Positions 1-9,580 of a stretch of DNA of 64,000 nucleotides are shown here, in pieces. Numbering within the stretch: the first letter of the stretch is position 1; every line of letters starts with the position of its first letter. The notes under the pieces are model-generated. The model made no database searches, had not been told where the DNA came from, and saw only the letters and a program-made list of their open reading frames with translations. The position numbers were made by a program, and so were the translations under genes. This DNA comes from Dehalococcoidia bacterium (GTDB lineage: Bacteria > Chloroflexota > Dehalococcoidia > Plut-88900), in contig OZ240215.1 of NCBI GenBank assembly GCA_965197585.1, positions 3,264,001-3,328,000 on the forward strand, read 5' to 3'.

Positions 1-2
1 CC

Positions 3-155
3 GCGAAGGAGATGATATCCCGTTTCCTCCGAATAGGCATAAACTGCTTCTACCTCATAGCTCCTGTATACCGGGGCGGGATGCGGGACTACAGTGCAGC
101 ACGCAAGGTAATGGCCTCTTTCGAAAGCGGGTCGGGATCAGCCGCACCTGTATAA
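3..155 (+). CDS. 3' end of a gene entering from the left (unidentified)
   Basis: Frame 3 open from the window start: AKEMISRFLRIGINCFYLIAPVYRGGMRDY...APV, TAA at 153-155. Confidence 0.5.
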   Translation, partial: AKEMISRFLRIGINCFYLIAPVYRGGMRDYSAARKVMASFESGSGSAAPV

Positions 156-194
156 TGGAGCCTGAGCAAGGGTAACCACGAAGGGAGGAATGTT

Positions 195-575
195 ATGGCT
201 ATCGAACGGGTGAACCCGGAGAATGTTTACCATTTGACTGGGCTTAGCGCCACGGTCAAGGTCGGCAATATGATCCATATCTCAGGGCAGGTGGCCCTGG
301 ACATCAACATGAACACTGTAGGTGATGACGCTGCCACCCAGCTGAAGCAGATCTACAAAAACCTGGACGACCTGTGCCGTGCCCACGGCGGCAGTCTGGC
401 TAACATGGTGAAGACCATCACCTACATCACCGATCTGTCCCAATACGCCGCGGTCAGCGCTGCCCGAGAAGAAGCCTACGGCGACAACCCGCCGGCCAAC
501 TCGACCCTCGTGATCTCTGCTCTAGCCAAACCCGAGTGGCTCGTGGAGATCGAAGGGATAGCCCACATCGAATAG
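195..575 (+). CDS. RidA/YjgF/UK114 family protein
   Basis: ISGQV, PPANSTL and LVEIEGIA motifs; SD GGAGG upstream. Confidence 0.9.
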   Translation: MAIERVNPENVYHLTGLSATVKVGNMIHISGQVALDINMNTVGDDAATQLKQIYKNLDDLCRAHGGSLANMVKTITYITDLSQYAAVSAAREEAYGDNPPANSTLVISALAKPEWLVEIEGIAHIE

Positions 576-587
576 GACGGGACGCAT

Positions 588-1016
588 ATGCTTTCAGCGC
601 CGGTAAGGGAGTTCTTGGCCAAAAATCACGACGGCGTGTTCACCACATTTCGGAAAAATGGGACGGTGCAAATGAGCATCGTGACCTGTGGCCTGTACGG
701 TGATGGCGTGGCCTTCACGACGGCCCGGAGCCCTGCGAAGCTGGCCAATCTGAGTCGGGACCCGAAGTGCTCCATCTTGGTCTCGCAGCACAATTGGTGG
801 GGGTACGTCGTCTTGCAAGGCACTGCGCGTATCTGCACCCCCGAGAACACGGACCCCGATGAGCTGAGGCAGATACTTCGTGATGTCTACCAGGCAGCCT
901 CCGGCCAAACCCATCCCGACTGGGACGAATACGACCAGGTTGTGGCAGCTGAAGGCCGACCTGTGGTGGTTGTTTCAACCGAGAGCGAATTCATCAAGAT
1001 ACTCCGGCCGGCCTAG
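588..1016 (+). CDS. PPOX-class (split beta-barrel) probable F420-dependent oxidoreductase
   Basis: TFRKNGTVQMS, AKLANLSRDP and HPDWDEYDQ motifs. Confidence 0.85.
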   Translation: MLSAPVREFLAKNHDGVFTTFRKNGTVQMSIVTCGLYGDGVAFTTARSPAKLANLSRDPKCSILVSQHNWWGYVVLQGTARICTPENTDPDELRQILRDVYQAASGQTHPDWDEYDQVVAAEGRPVVVVSTESEFIKILRPA

Positions 1017-1028
1017 GCCGACGGATAC

Positions 1029-1071
1029 AAAAAGCCCTGCTCCGGGACATGCCTCGGAGCAGGGCTTTTTT
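1029..1071. terminator. Bidirectional intrinsic terminator
   Basis: AAAAAGCCCTGCTCCG-loop-CGGAGCAGGGCTTTTTT between convergent genes. Confidence 0.9.
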
Positions 1072-1090
1072 ACTTACCTGCGGTGTTGGA

Positions 1091-1762
1091 TCAGGTCCCG
1101 GCCATTTGGACCTCTTGTGTCTGGTTGACCAGGCTGACGATGATGTTAATTGCCTCTCGGAGGCTGATCTTCCGGGTATTGATCACGATGTCATAGTGCT
1201 CCATGTCTTCCACATCGGCCTTGAAAAACTTCTTGATGTAGGCATGATGGGCCTTGTCCATCTCCTTTACCTTTTCCTCCGCCTCCTCCCGGGAGATGTG
1301 GAAGTAGTCCATTACCCGGGGAATGCGCACGTCTAGCGGTGCGTGGAGGAATATGTGAAGGGAGCCCGGATGGTCCTTGAGCACCAGTTGGGCGCCACGG
1401 CTCACCAGTACAACACTCTCGCTCTCCGCCATGTCGTGGATGACTGATTCAAGGGCGTTGGCGTATTTTTCCTCGGTGAGAACGTCGCCCGTGGGCACGT
1501 AGTGTGGCCCGAGATCGAAGGGGGCCACGGGCCCGGCTGATATCTGCTCGAAAGCGCGGCCCAACTCCTTGGCGATCCGCCCTCTAAGGCCCCAGGGCAC
1601 ATGGTCAATGTCCGCGACTTCGTCGACGGAGGTGTCCAGGTGTCGGGCAACTTCACTCAGGATCTGACGGTCCACGTATCGCACGTTCATTACCCGTGCG
1701 ACTTCGGGCGCGATTATGTATGCGCCGCTTCCAATGAGTCCTCGAATCGTAATAGCCGGCAT
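1091..1762 (-). CDS. Cytidylate kinase-like family protein
   Basis: ITIRGLIGSG P-loop variant, VLVSRGAQ, HIFLHAPLDVR, HYDIVINT. Confidence 0.85.
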   Translation of the reverse strand: MPAITIRGLIGSGAYIIAPEVARVMNVRYVDRQILSEVARHLDTSVDEVADIDHVPWGLRGRIAKELGRAFEQISAGPVAPFDLGPHYVPTGDVLTEEKYANALESVIHDMAESESVVLVSRGAQLVLKDHPGSLHIFLHAPLDVRIPRVMDYFHISREEAEEKVKEMDKAHHAYIKKFFKADVEDMEHYDIVINTRKISLREAINIIVSLVNQTQEVQMAGT

Positions 1763-1891
1763 CTTACCCTCCTACCCCCGAGTTTCCCTCGAAAAAAGTC
1801 TTTAGATTGCTCAAAAAGAGCGCTCCGCCACATACGCAGGCAGTGTTTCGGCTGGGGAGTATAATTCTATCACACTTCCCCCATCCGAGGC

Positions 1892-2650
1892 TTGCTTCTG
1901 GGTTTTCTCGACAGACTTCGCGACAGGTTACGACGGGCTCCTGCACCCGTGCCTCTGGCCCCCGCTGTAAACCGCAATATAGTGGTTTTGCTGATATACC
2001 CCAAGGATCTGGACAGGGAACCTGTCGGGACTAACGTGCACGCAGGGGATGACACCTATCATCTGTCTTGGCCGGTCAGGATTCCCGAGCAGCAGCTTTT
2101 CAACGCTGTTTCCACAGGGAAGGCCTGGCTGAACGAAGTCCTGGGGGTTGACCTACAGTGGTACGCCATCGAACGACTGGAGTCCCTGGCCCCCTTATCG
2201 GAATGGCGTGAGCACGGCATAGCAGTGCTCAAAAGGGAGATTGAGGAGAGGTGCAAACCGGCGTCCAGAGAGTACATTTATCTGGGTTTCGTTCGGGGCA
2301 TGGGGGGATATGCGGGAGGGATCGGGTACTCGGAGTCGGCGCCGGGATTTGCCATGCTGGGAGACATATGCCTTGAGGCTCTCTGCTCCTATCCACTGCC
2401 AAACTCCGCATCAGCGCTGCTGGACGAGTCTTGGCCCGACAGCGCACGGAGCAGTGTAGGGCAAACCGCAGCCTTCCTTCATGAGCTTCTTCACGGACTT
2501 GGCCTTCACCATCCCGACGCCTGGCCTGCATCCCAGAGGCCCAATTGGTCCGACACCATCATGGGCTACTGGTGGAACATGCCCCGCTTCGCCCGTACCA
2601 AGGGGCTGACGGGTCGGGAAATAGAGCGAGTGCTCCAGTGGCTCGACTAA
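1892..2650 (+). CDS. Putative zinc metalloprotease (metzincin-like), start uncertain
   Basis: HELLHGLGLHH (HExxHxxGxxH) plus downstream TIMGY Met-turn. Confidence 0.65.
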   Translation: MLLGFLDRLRDRLRRAPAPVPLAPAVNRNIVVLLIYPKDLDREPVGTNVHAGDDTYHLSWPVRIPEQQLFNAVSTGKAWLNEVLGVDLQWYAIERLESLAPLSEWREHGIAVLKREIEERCKPASREYIYLGFVRGMGGYAGGIGYSESAPGFAMLGDICLEALCSYPLPNSASALLDESWPDSARSSVGQTAAFLHELLHGLGLHHPDAWPASQRPNWSDTIMGYWWNMPRFARTKGLTGREIERVLQWLD

Positions 2651-2732
2651 TATGTTGGCCCGCCTAGCGCGGGGTCGGGGCACGCCCGTATAATGAGCGC
2701 CGATCCACCAAACCACCTTGGAGGCGAACTAT

Positions 2733-3407
2733 ATGCTCTCATTCATCGGCGGCACCGGCCCTGAAGGGTTGGGCCTCGCGTTCCGATTCCTTCTGGCCGG
2801 TCACGACATAGTCATCGGGTCCCGATCCGCCGAACGGGCCTCAGCCGCAGCGGACAAGCTCACCGAGATGCTGGCCGCGGTCCCAGCCGAAAAGGCGGGG
2901 TTAAATGTAGGCAAGGCCTCCGGCATGGAGAACGAACCGGCCGTCGCCGCCAGTGATGTGGTAATTATCACTGTTCCATACTCGGGACAGGCCGCCATCC
3001 TAGCTGCCTTGCGGGATGCCATCGGCGACAAACTGGTCGTGGACACAGTGGTGCCCGTTCAGTTCGCCAAGGGAAAGATCACGGCCATACCCGTAGACGA
3101 GGGCTCCGCCGCCGAACAGGCCAAGGCCGTCCTTCCCGATGCTACCGTCGTCTCGGCCTTCCAGAACCTGAGCGCCGAGACCCTCATGGACCACAATGAG
3201 CAGATTGACTGTTCGGTCGTCGTTTGCGGCGGAGACAAGGATGCCCGCCGACGCGTGATGGACTTAGCCGAGGATATCGAAGGGATTCATGCGGTGAACG
3301 GAGGCGGCCTCGCCAACTCCCGCTACGTAGAGGACTTCACCACGCTCATCCTGAACATTAACCGCATCTACAAGTCCCACGCGTCTATGAAGCTAGTGGG
3401 CCTCTAG
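2733..3407 (+). CDS. npdG: NADPH-dependent F420 reductase
   Basis: FIGGTGPEGLGLA, IGSRSAERA, EGSAAEQ, SAFQN; SD GGAGG favours ATG 2733. Confidence 0.92.
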   Translation: MLSFIGGTGPEGLGLAFRFLLAGHDIVIGSRSAERASAAADKLTEMLAAVPAEKAGLNVGKASGMENEPAVAASDVVIITVPYSGQAAILAALRDAIGDKLVVDTVVPVQFAKGKITAIPVDEGSAAEQAKAVLPDATVVSAFQNLSAETLMDHNEQIDCSVVVCGGDKDARRRVMDLAEDIEGIHAVNGGGLANSRYVEDFTTLILNINRIYKSHASMKLVGL

Positions 3408-3423
3408 TACCCGGCGGCGTAGC

Positions 3424-4179
3424 ATGGTCAATAGAGTCGAGATTCTCGGCTTGTCCGGCATCCCCGAGGTTCGTGAGGGCGACGACGTTGCCCAGCTGAT
3501 CTTGGACGCGGCAATCGCCTCAGATGTCGCCCTTGAATCGGGAGACGTGGTGGTGGTGAAGCAGAAGATCGTTTCCAAGGCTGAGGGCCGGGTCATTCTT
3601 CTGGACGAGATTACGCCGTCTTCCCTGGCCCTTGAGATCGGGCAGCGCTACGAAAAGGACCCCCGCCATGTCGAGGCCGTCCTGCGGGAGAGCAGCCGCA
3701 TTGTGAAGATGGACCAGGGCCTGGTCATCGCAGAGACCAGGAACGGATTGATATGCGCCAACGCGGGCGTTGACGCTTCCAACGTGGGACTCGACCAGGC
3801 AGTCGTACTCCTGCCGGAAGACCCGGACGCCTCAGCGGATGCTATACGGGCTGCACTGGAGGATCAGTCGGACAGCAAGCTTGGTGTAATAGTTTCGGAC
3901 AGCATCGGTAGGCCGTGGCGCAAAGGAATAATCGACCTGGCCATCGGGGTCTCCGGGCTTGTGCCACTTCGGGACTACGTGGGTGAAACGGATGATGACG
4001 GACGGGAGCTTAAGGTCACCGTGGTCGCAGAGGCTGACGAGCTGGCTTCCGCCGCCGAACTTGTAACCGGGAAGCTGGAGAGATGCCCAGTGGCGGTTAT
4101 CAAAGGAAGCGGCGTACCGTTGGGAAGCGGCCGGTCTACCGACTTGGTAATGGACCCGGCAAAAGACCTGTTCAGATAA
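3424..4179 (+). CDS. cofE: Coenzyme F420-0:L-glutamate ligase (single domain)
   Basis: KIVSKAEGR, ANAGVDASN, SDSIGRPWR, ADELASAA. Confidence 0.95.
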   Translation: MVNRVEILGLSGIPEVREGDDVAQLILDAAIASDVALESGDVVVVKQKIVSKAEGRVILLDEITPSSLALEIGQRYEKDPRHVEAVLRESSRIVKMDQGLVIAETRNGLICANAGVDASNVGLDQAVVLLPEDPDASADAIRAALEDQSDSKLGVIVSDSIGRPWRKGIIDLAIGVSGLVPLRDYVGETDDDGRELKVTVVAEADELASAAELVTGKLERCPVAVIKGSGVPLGSGRSTDLVMDPAKDLFR

Positions 4180-4208
4180 TCTATCCCCGACCCCTAAACC
4201 GTAGGTGA

Positions 4209-4670
4209 ATGAATATGGCTCTGCCAACAATGAATGAAGAAACGATACGTGAATTCCTTTCGGGGAGGCACGTAGGGGTTCTAGGCATCAATCGTCGGAA
4301 GGGTGGGCCTCAGTTGGTCCCCGTCTGGTATTCCTACGAGGATGGCTGTGTTTTGATACCCACCGAGCTTCGAGTAGCCAAGGTTGCCAACATATCCCGA
4401 GACCCGGAGGTCAGCTTCTGCGTCGACGACAAGTCCACACCTCACAAGGGAGTGGTGATGTACTGTACGGCGGAAGTCATACGGGAAGAGATAGCGGACA
4501 AGAGGCGGGAGATAATGTCGAAGTACGTTGGGGATGAAGAAGGGGAGAAAGTGGCTTCCGAACCCAGGCCCTTGGGCATGGCCTTGATTCGGCTAACTCC
4601 CCATCGCACCTACTCCTACGACTACTCGGCCGCCGACCAGGGCTGGTCGGACATCAAGGACTACCGGTAA
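4209..4670 (+). CDS. PPOX-class probable F420-dependent protein
   Basis: GPQLVPVWY, AKVANISRDPEVSFCVD. Confidence 0.85.
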   Translation: MNMALPTMNEETIREFLSGRHVGVLGINRRKGGPQLVPVWYSYEDGCVLIPTELRVAKVANISRDPEVSFCVDDKSTPHKGVVMYCTAEVIREEIADKRREIMSKYVGDEEGEKVASEPRPLGMALIRLTPHRTYSYDYSAADQGWSDIKDYR

Positions 4671-4679
4671 TCGAGGTTT

Positions 4680-5048
4680 CTATTCGCCGATCTTGTCCTT
4701 AACGTCAAAGCGAAGCTGACCGAGGCCCGGAACAATGAAACCCATGGCTATCTTGTGAGGGCCGGGGTCCAGGTGAGCGCCCTTGACTACTATCGTGATC
4801 GCCTTGTTCAGGGCTATCGTGAATCTGTCGTCGTCGGATACCTCGGAGAAAGCAGTTTCGTTGCCTTCCATCACGAAGAACGTCCCGTCCATTGAGCATT
4901 CGACCCCGTCGAGTACCACCGGCGTCATACCCTTGGCGTACCCTGATCCCAGGCTGTTCTTAAGCTGAAAGCTCACCCCTGCCTCAGTGTTTTGCAGGCT
5001 TCCTTTAACATACAGCCTGCGTAGAAGAAACCCCGGTACCGTTACCAT
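4680..5048 (-). CDS. Hypothetical protein (small, beta-rich)
   Basis: Clean ORF at the end of the minus-strand operon; LLRRLYVKGSLQN...FQLKNSLG. Confidence 0.7.
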   Translation of the reverse strand: MVTVPGFLLRRLYVKGSLQNTEAGVSFQLKNSLGSGYAKGMTPVVLDGVECSMDGTFFVMEGNETAFSEVSDDDRFTIALNKAITIVVKGAHLDPGPHKIAMGFIVPGLGQLRFDVKDKIGE

Positions 5049-5087
5049 CTAATCATCCTTGTTGGTCCAGAGTGCCGTTTGGCCTCC

Positions 5088-5747
5088 CTAGTCCCCTGTT
5101 CCCTGTCTCATTCTGAATATGTTTACCTCTGCTTCCACGACTTCCGAGGGAAGAGTCCTCACGCTACCCAAGGCTCGAGCCTGGATATAGATCTGGGAGG
5201 CCCTTTCTACGAGTTCGCAGGCGCGGAGGGCGTCCGGCATGTCCCGGCCCGCGGCCACGACGCCGTGATTACGAATAAAGACGGCATTGCGCTCACCCAT
5301 GGCCTGGATTACCTTTTCTCCCAGGTCCTCGGTGCTTGGAAAGCCGTATTCCGCGACTTCCACCGGCCCACCCAGATAGGCGACCAGTTCGTCCAGGATG
5401 GGTGGTAGAGCCACACCGGCCACCGCCAGCACGCTGGCGTATATCGAGTGAGTGTGTATGACGGCGGAAATGTCAGGCCGAGCCTTGTATACGGCTACAT
5501 GAGTAAGAGACTCGGAGGAAGGCACGGTATCGCCTTCTATGACGTCCACGTCATAGTCTACGACTACGATGTCATCTGGCATCATGGTCTCGTAGTCCGT
5601 GCCGGCAGGAGTGACGGCTATCAGGCCCTCCTTCTCATCCCCTTCCAGCCTCATGCTCACGTTGCCGCTTGTCGCAGCAACCAACCCCAGGCGGAGCAGC
5701 TGCTGGGCCGCTTGGACCACGATTGTTCTTTCAGACTGCCATTTCAT
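5088..5747 (-). CDS. Class II aldolase (L-fuculose-phosphate aldolase-like)
   Basis: SGNVS, PSSESLTH, HTHS and RNHG metal-site motifs. Confidence 0.9.
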   Translation of the reverse strand: MKWQSERTIVVQAAQQLLRLGLVAATSGNVSMRLEGDEKEGLIAVTPAGTDYETMMPDDIVVVDYDVDVIEGDTVPSSESLTHVAVYKARPDISAVIHTHSIYASVLAVAGVALPPILDELVAYLGGPVEVAEYGFPSTEDLGEKVIQAMGERNAVFIRNHGVVAAGRDMPDALRACELVERASQIYIQARALGSVRTLPSEVVEAEVNIFRMRQGTGD

Positions 5748-7249
5748 TACATTGCCCCGGTTATCTCGATCAATCTTTCATACATATCCAGCCAAGCCTC
5801 GTACTGTTCTTCCAGGACCGAGGCACGGGCCTCGTCTGGTGCGAAGATTTCGGTCTCGCCGACCATCGCCTTGGCTGATTCCGGTAGACTATTGTACGCC
5901 CCGGAGCCAACCGCCGCGCAGGCGGCTGCGCCCAAGAGTGTAGCGTCCCGCTCCCTTGGCACGATAATTTCGCGGTCCAGGGTGTCGGCGATGAGCTGAA
6001 TAAACCCCTCCACCTTGGCGACCCCACCCCCCAGAGCGATATCCACAGGCCGCTGCTCCGACACCTCCTCCAACTGCATGGCGTTGCCGCGAATGGCAAA
6101 GGCGAGGTTTTTCAGAGCCGCATCGGCCAACCCTTGTCGGGATATGCCTGTATGCCCGACAGGCGTGGGGAAGAGGATACCGCCCATCTGAATCCCGGTC
6201 CTTTTGGCGTCCATGATCCGCGGGCCAAGGAAGGCTAATGGCGTATAAGCGTTCGGAGAGTTCGGCCCTTCAGGGTTGGGACTCAGTCCATGCTCGGCCA
6301 AGCCCAGGGTCTCGGCGGCCCAGTCGAGGGAACGACCTGCCTCGGTCGTAGTGCTCTCCAGGACCCACTTATCCGGAACTATGTGCCTTCCGCTCCATGT
6401 TCGGCGTTCGGCATCCATGCGGGGGGTGTCGGTCACGAACTGCAGAGGGCCGCTCCAGCCGGCCAATATGCCCATCTCCCTATGCCTGGTGGCGCCCATT
6501 CCCAAAAGGCCGCACTGGGTATCCGGCCCGCCCGATATTACGGGAGTTCCACTGGCCAGACCGGTGTCATCTGCCGCGGAGGTGGTCACCTCTCCCGTTA
6601 GCGCTCCTGAGCAGTGGAGAGGAGGCATTAGGCCAAAATCGATGCCCAATAGTGTGAAAACCGAGTCCACAGGCTCGGCATCCGACACGGGCAGGAGCCC
6701 CACCTCCGTCACCGCTGAACGCTCCCCACTGATTTCTCCCGAAAGCCGGAACCTCACCCAATCCCCGATGGGAAGGATATGGGCGATCTTATCGGCTACG
6801 TCGGGTGCATTGGCTCGGAACCAGGCCAGCCTCGCTGGGGCGAATAGAAAAGATGGCGTGTGACCCGTCAGTCGGTACACTCGCTCCCCGAGATCTTCGT
6901 CGATAGCCATCCCCTCGAAGAAGGCGCGCACGTCCCTATTCGGGCCTGTGTACAGCTCCCTTTTGCTGCCGTCCAGCAATACAATGCCGCCGCGCTGACT
7001 GGTCGTAGACACCGCCGATATGTCGCTGCCCTTCAGACCGGCTTTGCTTAGGCACTCTTTAATGAGGTCGCAGGCCGAGACCCACGTCTCGCCGGGGTGG
7101 AACTCCAGGGCTATCTCTGAAAGGCCCGGAGGATTGAAGTAGGTCATCGGGGCCCGAGCCGCGGCAAGCTTGCGGCCCTCGTATGAGAATACGGCGCATT
7201 TGAGGCTGCTGGTTCCCAGGTCCAGCACGAGCACCGCCCGCTCAGCCAT
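5747..7249 (-). CDS. FGGY-family carbohydrate kinase
   Basis: LDLGTSSLK, GGPDTQCG, GGGVAK, TLLGAAACAAVGSG; translationally coupled to neighbours. Confidence 0.9.
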   Translation of the reverse strand: MAERAVLVLDLGTSSLKCAVFSYEGRKLAAARAPMTYFNPPGLSEIALEFHPGETWVSACDLIKECLSKAGLKGSDISAVSTTSQRGGIVLLDGSKRELYTGPNRDVRAFFEGMAIDEDLGERVYRLTGHTPSFLFAPARLAWFRANAPDVADKIAHILPIGDWVRFRLSGEISGERSAVTEVGLLPVSDAEPVDSVFTLLGIDFGLMPPLHCSGALTGEVTTSAADDTGLASGTPVISGGPDTQCGLLGMGATRHREMGILAGWSGPLQFVTDTPRMDAERRTWSGRHIVPDKWVLESTTTEAGRSLDWAAETLGLAEHGLSPNPEGPNSPNAYTPLAFLGPRIMDAKRTGIQMGGILFPTPVGHTGISRQGLADAALKNLAFAIRGNAMQLEEVSEQRPVDIALGGGVAKVEGFIQLIADTLDREIIVPRERDATLLGAAACAAVGSGAYNSLPESAKAMVGETEIFAPDEARASVLEEQYEAWLDMYERLIEITGAM

Positions 7250-8243
7250 CGTTTTGCCAAACAGAGGGGTTGACGATGTGCGCAGGTCGCAGGCCCTGCT
7301 GGAAGTGCTCCAGGGCCTCGGTCATCATTTGGGAGTGACGGGCGATTGTGCCGTCCGTAGCACCACCGACGTGAGGCGTTAATATAACGTTTTGATGAGC
7401 CAAAAGCGGATGATCGGGCGGGATCGGGGGACTTTCGTGGACGTCCAGCGCTGCCCCGGCTATTTCTCCTTTTTCAAGGGCCTCAAGGAGTGCGGTGGAG
7501 TCTACTGCTTGAGGTGTGGAGGTGTTAATCAGGTACGCGTTGGCCCTCATAAGTTGGAGAGCTCGCCGATCAATGAGACTAGGCGAGTCCGGGCTGGCGG
7601 GCAGATGGACGCTGACGAAATCGGAGCCGCTGAGCAGGGTGTCTAGATCAGTGAGGGACGCTCCGGCCCGAGCGGCGCGCTCGTTAGTGATATAGGGATC
7701 GGAGGCCAAGACCCTCATGCCGATGGCACAGGCAAGCCTCGCAACTTCTGAACCGATTGTCCCCAGCCCCACCAACCCCAGCGTCTTGCCCCTCAGCTCC
7801 ACCCCCCTCAGGTCCACGTACGGAGATACCGGGTCCACCCATTGCCCCCCCGACACGTATCCATGAGATGTAACAATCCTTCTACCCAGCGAAAACATGA
7901 GCCCTATGACCAACTCGGCGACGGCTGGGGCGTTCCTGCCTGGGGCATTTACTACTACTACACCGTATTCCGTGGCCGCATCCAGATCAATCTGGCCTGT
8001 GGCGTTGCGACAGGTTCCTACAAGCCGCAGGCCCGGTGCCCCTTCGAACGTCTCTTCCAGGACAAAGTCGGCCTCGACTATAAGAGCGTCGACTTGAGAA
8101 TTGTTTATGACCTCGGCCAGTTCTTCAGGGTCCTGCAACTCACGGGACTCGGTCCAAGGTCTGTAGGTCACCGTCATGCTGGAACGGAGCCGGTCCAGAC
8201 ACTCTTGCTCGAAGGGGGCCAGTATTAGTACGTGCATGATCAC
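7242..8243 (-). CDS. D-isomer 2-hydroxyacid dehydrogenase (SerA-like, no ACT domain)
   Basis: NAPGRNAPAVAE, GLVGLGTIG, AALDV, LTPHVGG. Confidence 0.9.
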   Translation of the reverse strand: MIMHVLILAPFEQECLDRLRSSMTVTYRPWTESRELQDPEELAEVINNSQVDALIVEADFVLEETFEGAPGLRLVGTCRNATGQIDLDAATEYGVVVVNAPGRNAPAVAELVIGLMFSLGRRIVTSHGYVSGGQWVDPVSPYVDLRGVELRGKTLGLVGLGTIGSEVARLACAIGMRVLASDPYITNERAARAGASLTDLDTLLSGSDFVSVHLPASPDSPSLIDRRALQLMRANAYLINTSTPQAVDSTALLEALEKGEIAGAALDVHESPPIPPDHPLLAHQNVILTPHVGGATDGTIARHSQMMTEALEHFQQGLRPAHIVNPSVWQNDG

Positions 8244-8251
8244 TCAATGAG

Positions 8252-8863
8252 TCAATCGAATAAACGGATAATAGTTTCAATTGAATAAGCGGAAGAGTAG
8301 GCCAATAGCGAGGTCCTTATCAACCTGCCGGCGAAGGTGGCGATTAGAAATTTCACAACCCCGATCCTGACCGCACCGGCAGCGATGCCCGCAATGTCGA
8401 ACAGCGGATTTGGCAAAGCCGCCAGTACGAAAATGCCGAGCACACCCCAGCGTTTCACCAGCTTGCTGCTAAGAGCGGCCCACCGAGCCCAGCGCGACTC
8501 TTCGGCTTTGCCTTTGCCTGGCGTTATGGTCGATCCCGCCCTGCCGACCAGGTAGCCGCTGAGTTCGCCTATCGTCATGCCTGCGGCCCCAATCAAGGCT
8601 ACCAATAGCGGGTTCAGGACAGCCGCCGCAACCACAACCGCGATAAAACCGGGCGTCGGCAATATGATGGAGGCATTGGCCATCAGGGTTACCAGGAACA
8701 ACCCCGGATAACCGACTCGTTCGAAATACTCGCGATCGAAAGTGGGCTCTGGAATTAGCAGCAGGCCAAGTACACTGGCTGCAATGAGTAACAGAAATAT
8801 GGCCTGCCAACGGAAGACCAAACGGCGGATGCGACTGAGCAGCGGATCATCTGCCTTCATCAA
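8252..8863 (-). CDS. VTT-domain/DedA-like membrane protein
   Basis: GMTIGELSGY, LPNPLFDIAGIAAG, GR motif, several TM segments. Confidence 0.8.
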   Translation of the reverse strand: MMKADDPLLSRIRRLVFRWQAIFLLLIAASVLGLLLIPEPTFDREYFERVGYPGLFLVTLMANASIILPTPGFIAVVVAAAVLNPLLVALIGAAGMTIGELSGYLVGRAGSTITPGKGKAEESRWARWAALSSKLVKRWGVLGIFVLAALPNPLFDIAGIAAGAVRIGVVKFLIATFAGRLIRTSLLAYSSAYSIETIIRLFD

Positions 8864-8896
8864 ACATCCGGCGCCTTTCTTGTCTCGCTGGAAGGG

Positions 8897-9580
8897 CTAA
8901 CTTTGCCTCCCGACCCACATATTCTTGGGCATGGGTAGCTTGTCACTAAGGCCCACCGACTCCACGAACCTTCTCGTACGCTCGGGGCCTTTCCAGGTTA
9001 GCACCGAGGCCAGGTCCTCAGGAGTGTCCACATCCACGTACAGGGAATCCAGCTCGATTATCCGGGTGGAGACATCCCTGGCCTCTGCCTCTTGCAAGTG
9101 CAAATCAAGGCTGTTTGGCCCGAACCGCGAGGGTATGGACGTGGGCGGTCTTCTGAACATGGCGTTGGTCCCCCCATCATGGGCAGGCGCTATTACGACA
9201 GACGGAACCCCGGCATCCACGGCAAGAATGGCCTCGATGTCTGAGGCCTCAACCTGGGGTATGTCCGATGGAATTACCAGCAGCCTATCGACACCGCGGC
9301 GGGCCAGGGTCTCCGCACCATAGTCCACAGCGGGGCCCTCTCCCCTGACATCCAGTGGCTCTTGAATGACCTCTATGCCATAGTTTGCGGCAATAGCGGC
9401 AGCGCCTGGGTCCCGAGTCACTATCACCAGGTATGAAATGCCAGATACACCACTCACCACTTCTATCACGTCCTCCAGCATCGCCAGAGAGAGGGCTATC
9501 TTGTCATCCTGCTTGAGAATATCCCCTAGGCGGGACATGGCAATGGAAAGCTCTTTGACAGGGATGAGGCAGGCGGTCAT
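8897..9580 (-). CDS. cofC: 2-phospho-L-lactate/PEP guanylyltransferase
   Basis: LIPVK...SRL, AMLEDV, PSDIP, DGGTNA, FGPNS, DVDTPEDL. Confidence 0.92.
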   Translation of the reverse strand: MTACLIPVKELSIAMSRLGDILKQDDKIALSLAMLEDVIEVVSGVSGISYLVIVTRDPGAAAIAANYGIEVIQEPLDVRGEGPAVDYGAETLARRGVDRLLVIPSDIPQVEASDIEAILAVDAGVPSVVIAPAHDGGTNAMFRRPPTSIPSRFGPNSLDLHLQEAEARDVSTRIIELDSLYVDVDTPEDLASVLTWKGPERTRRFVESVGLSDKLPMPKNMWVGRQS

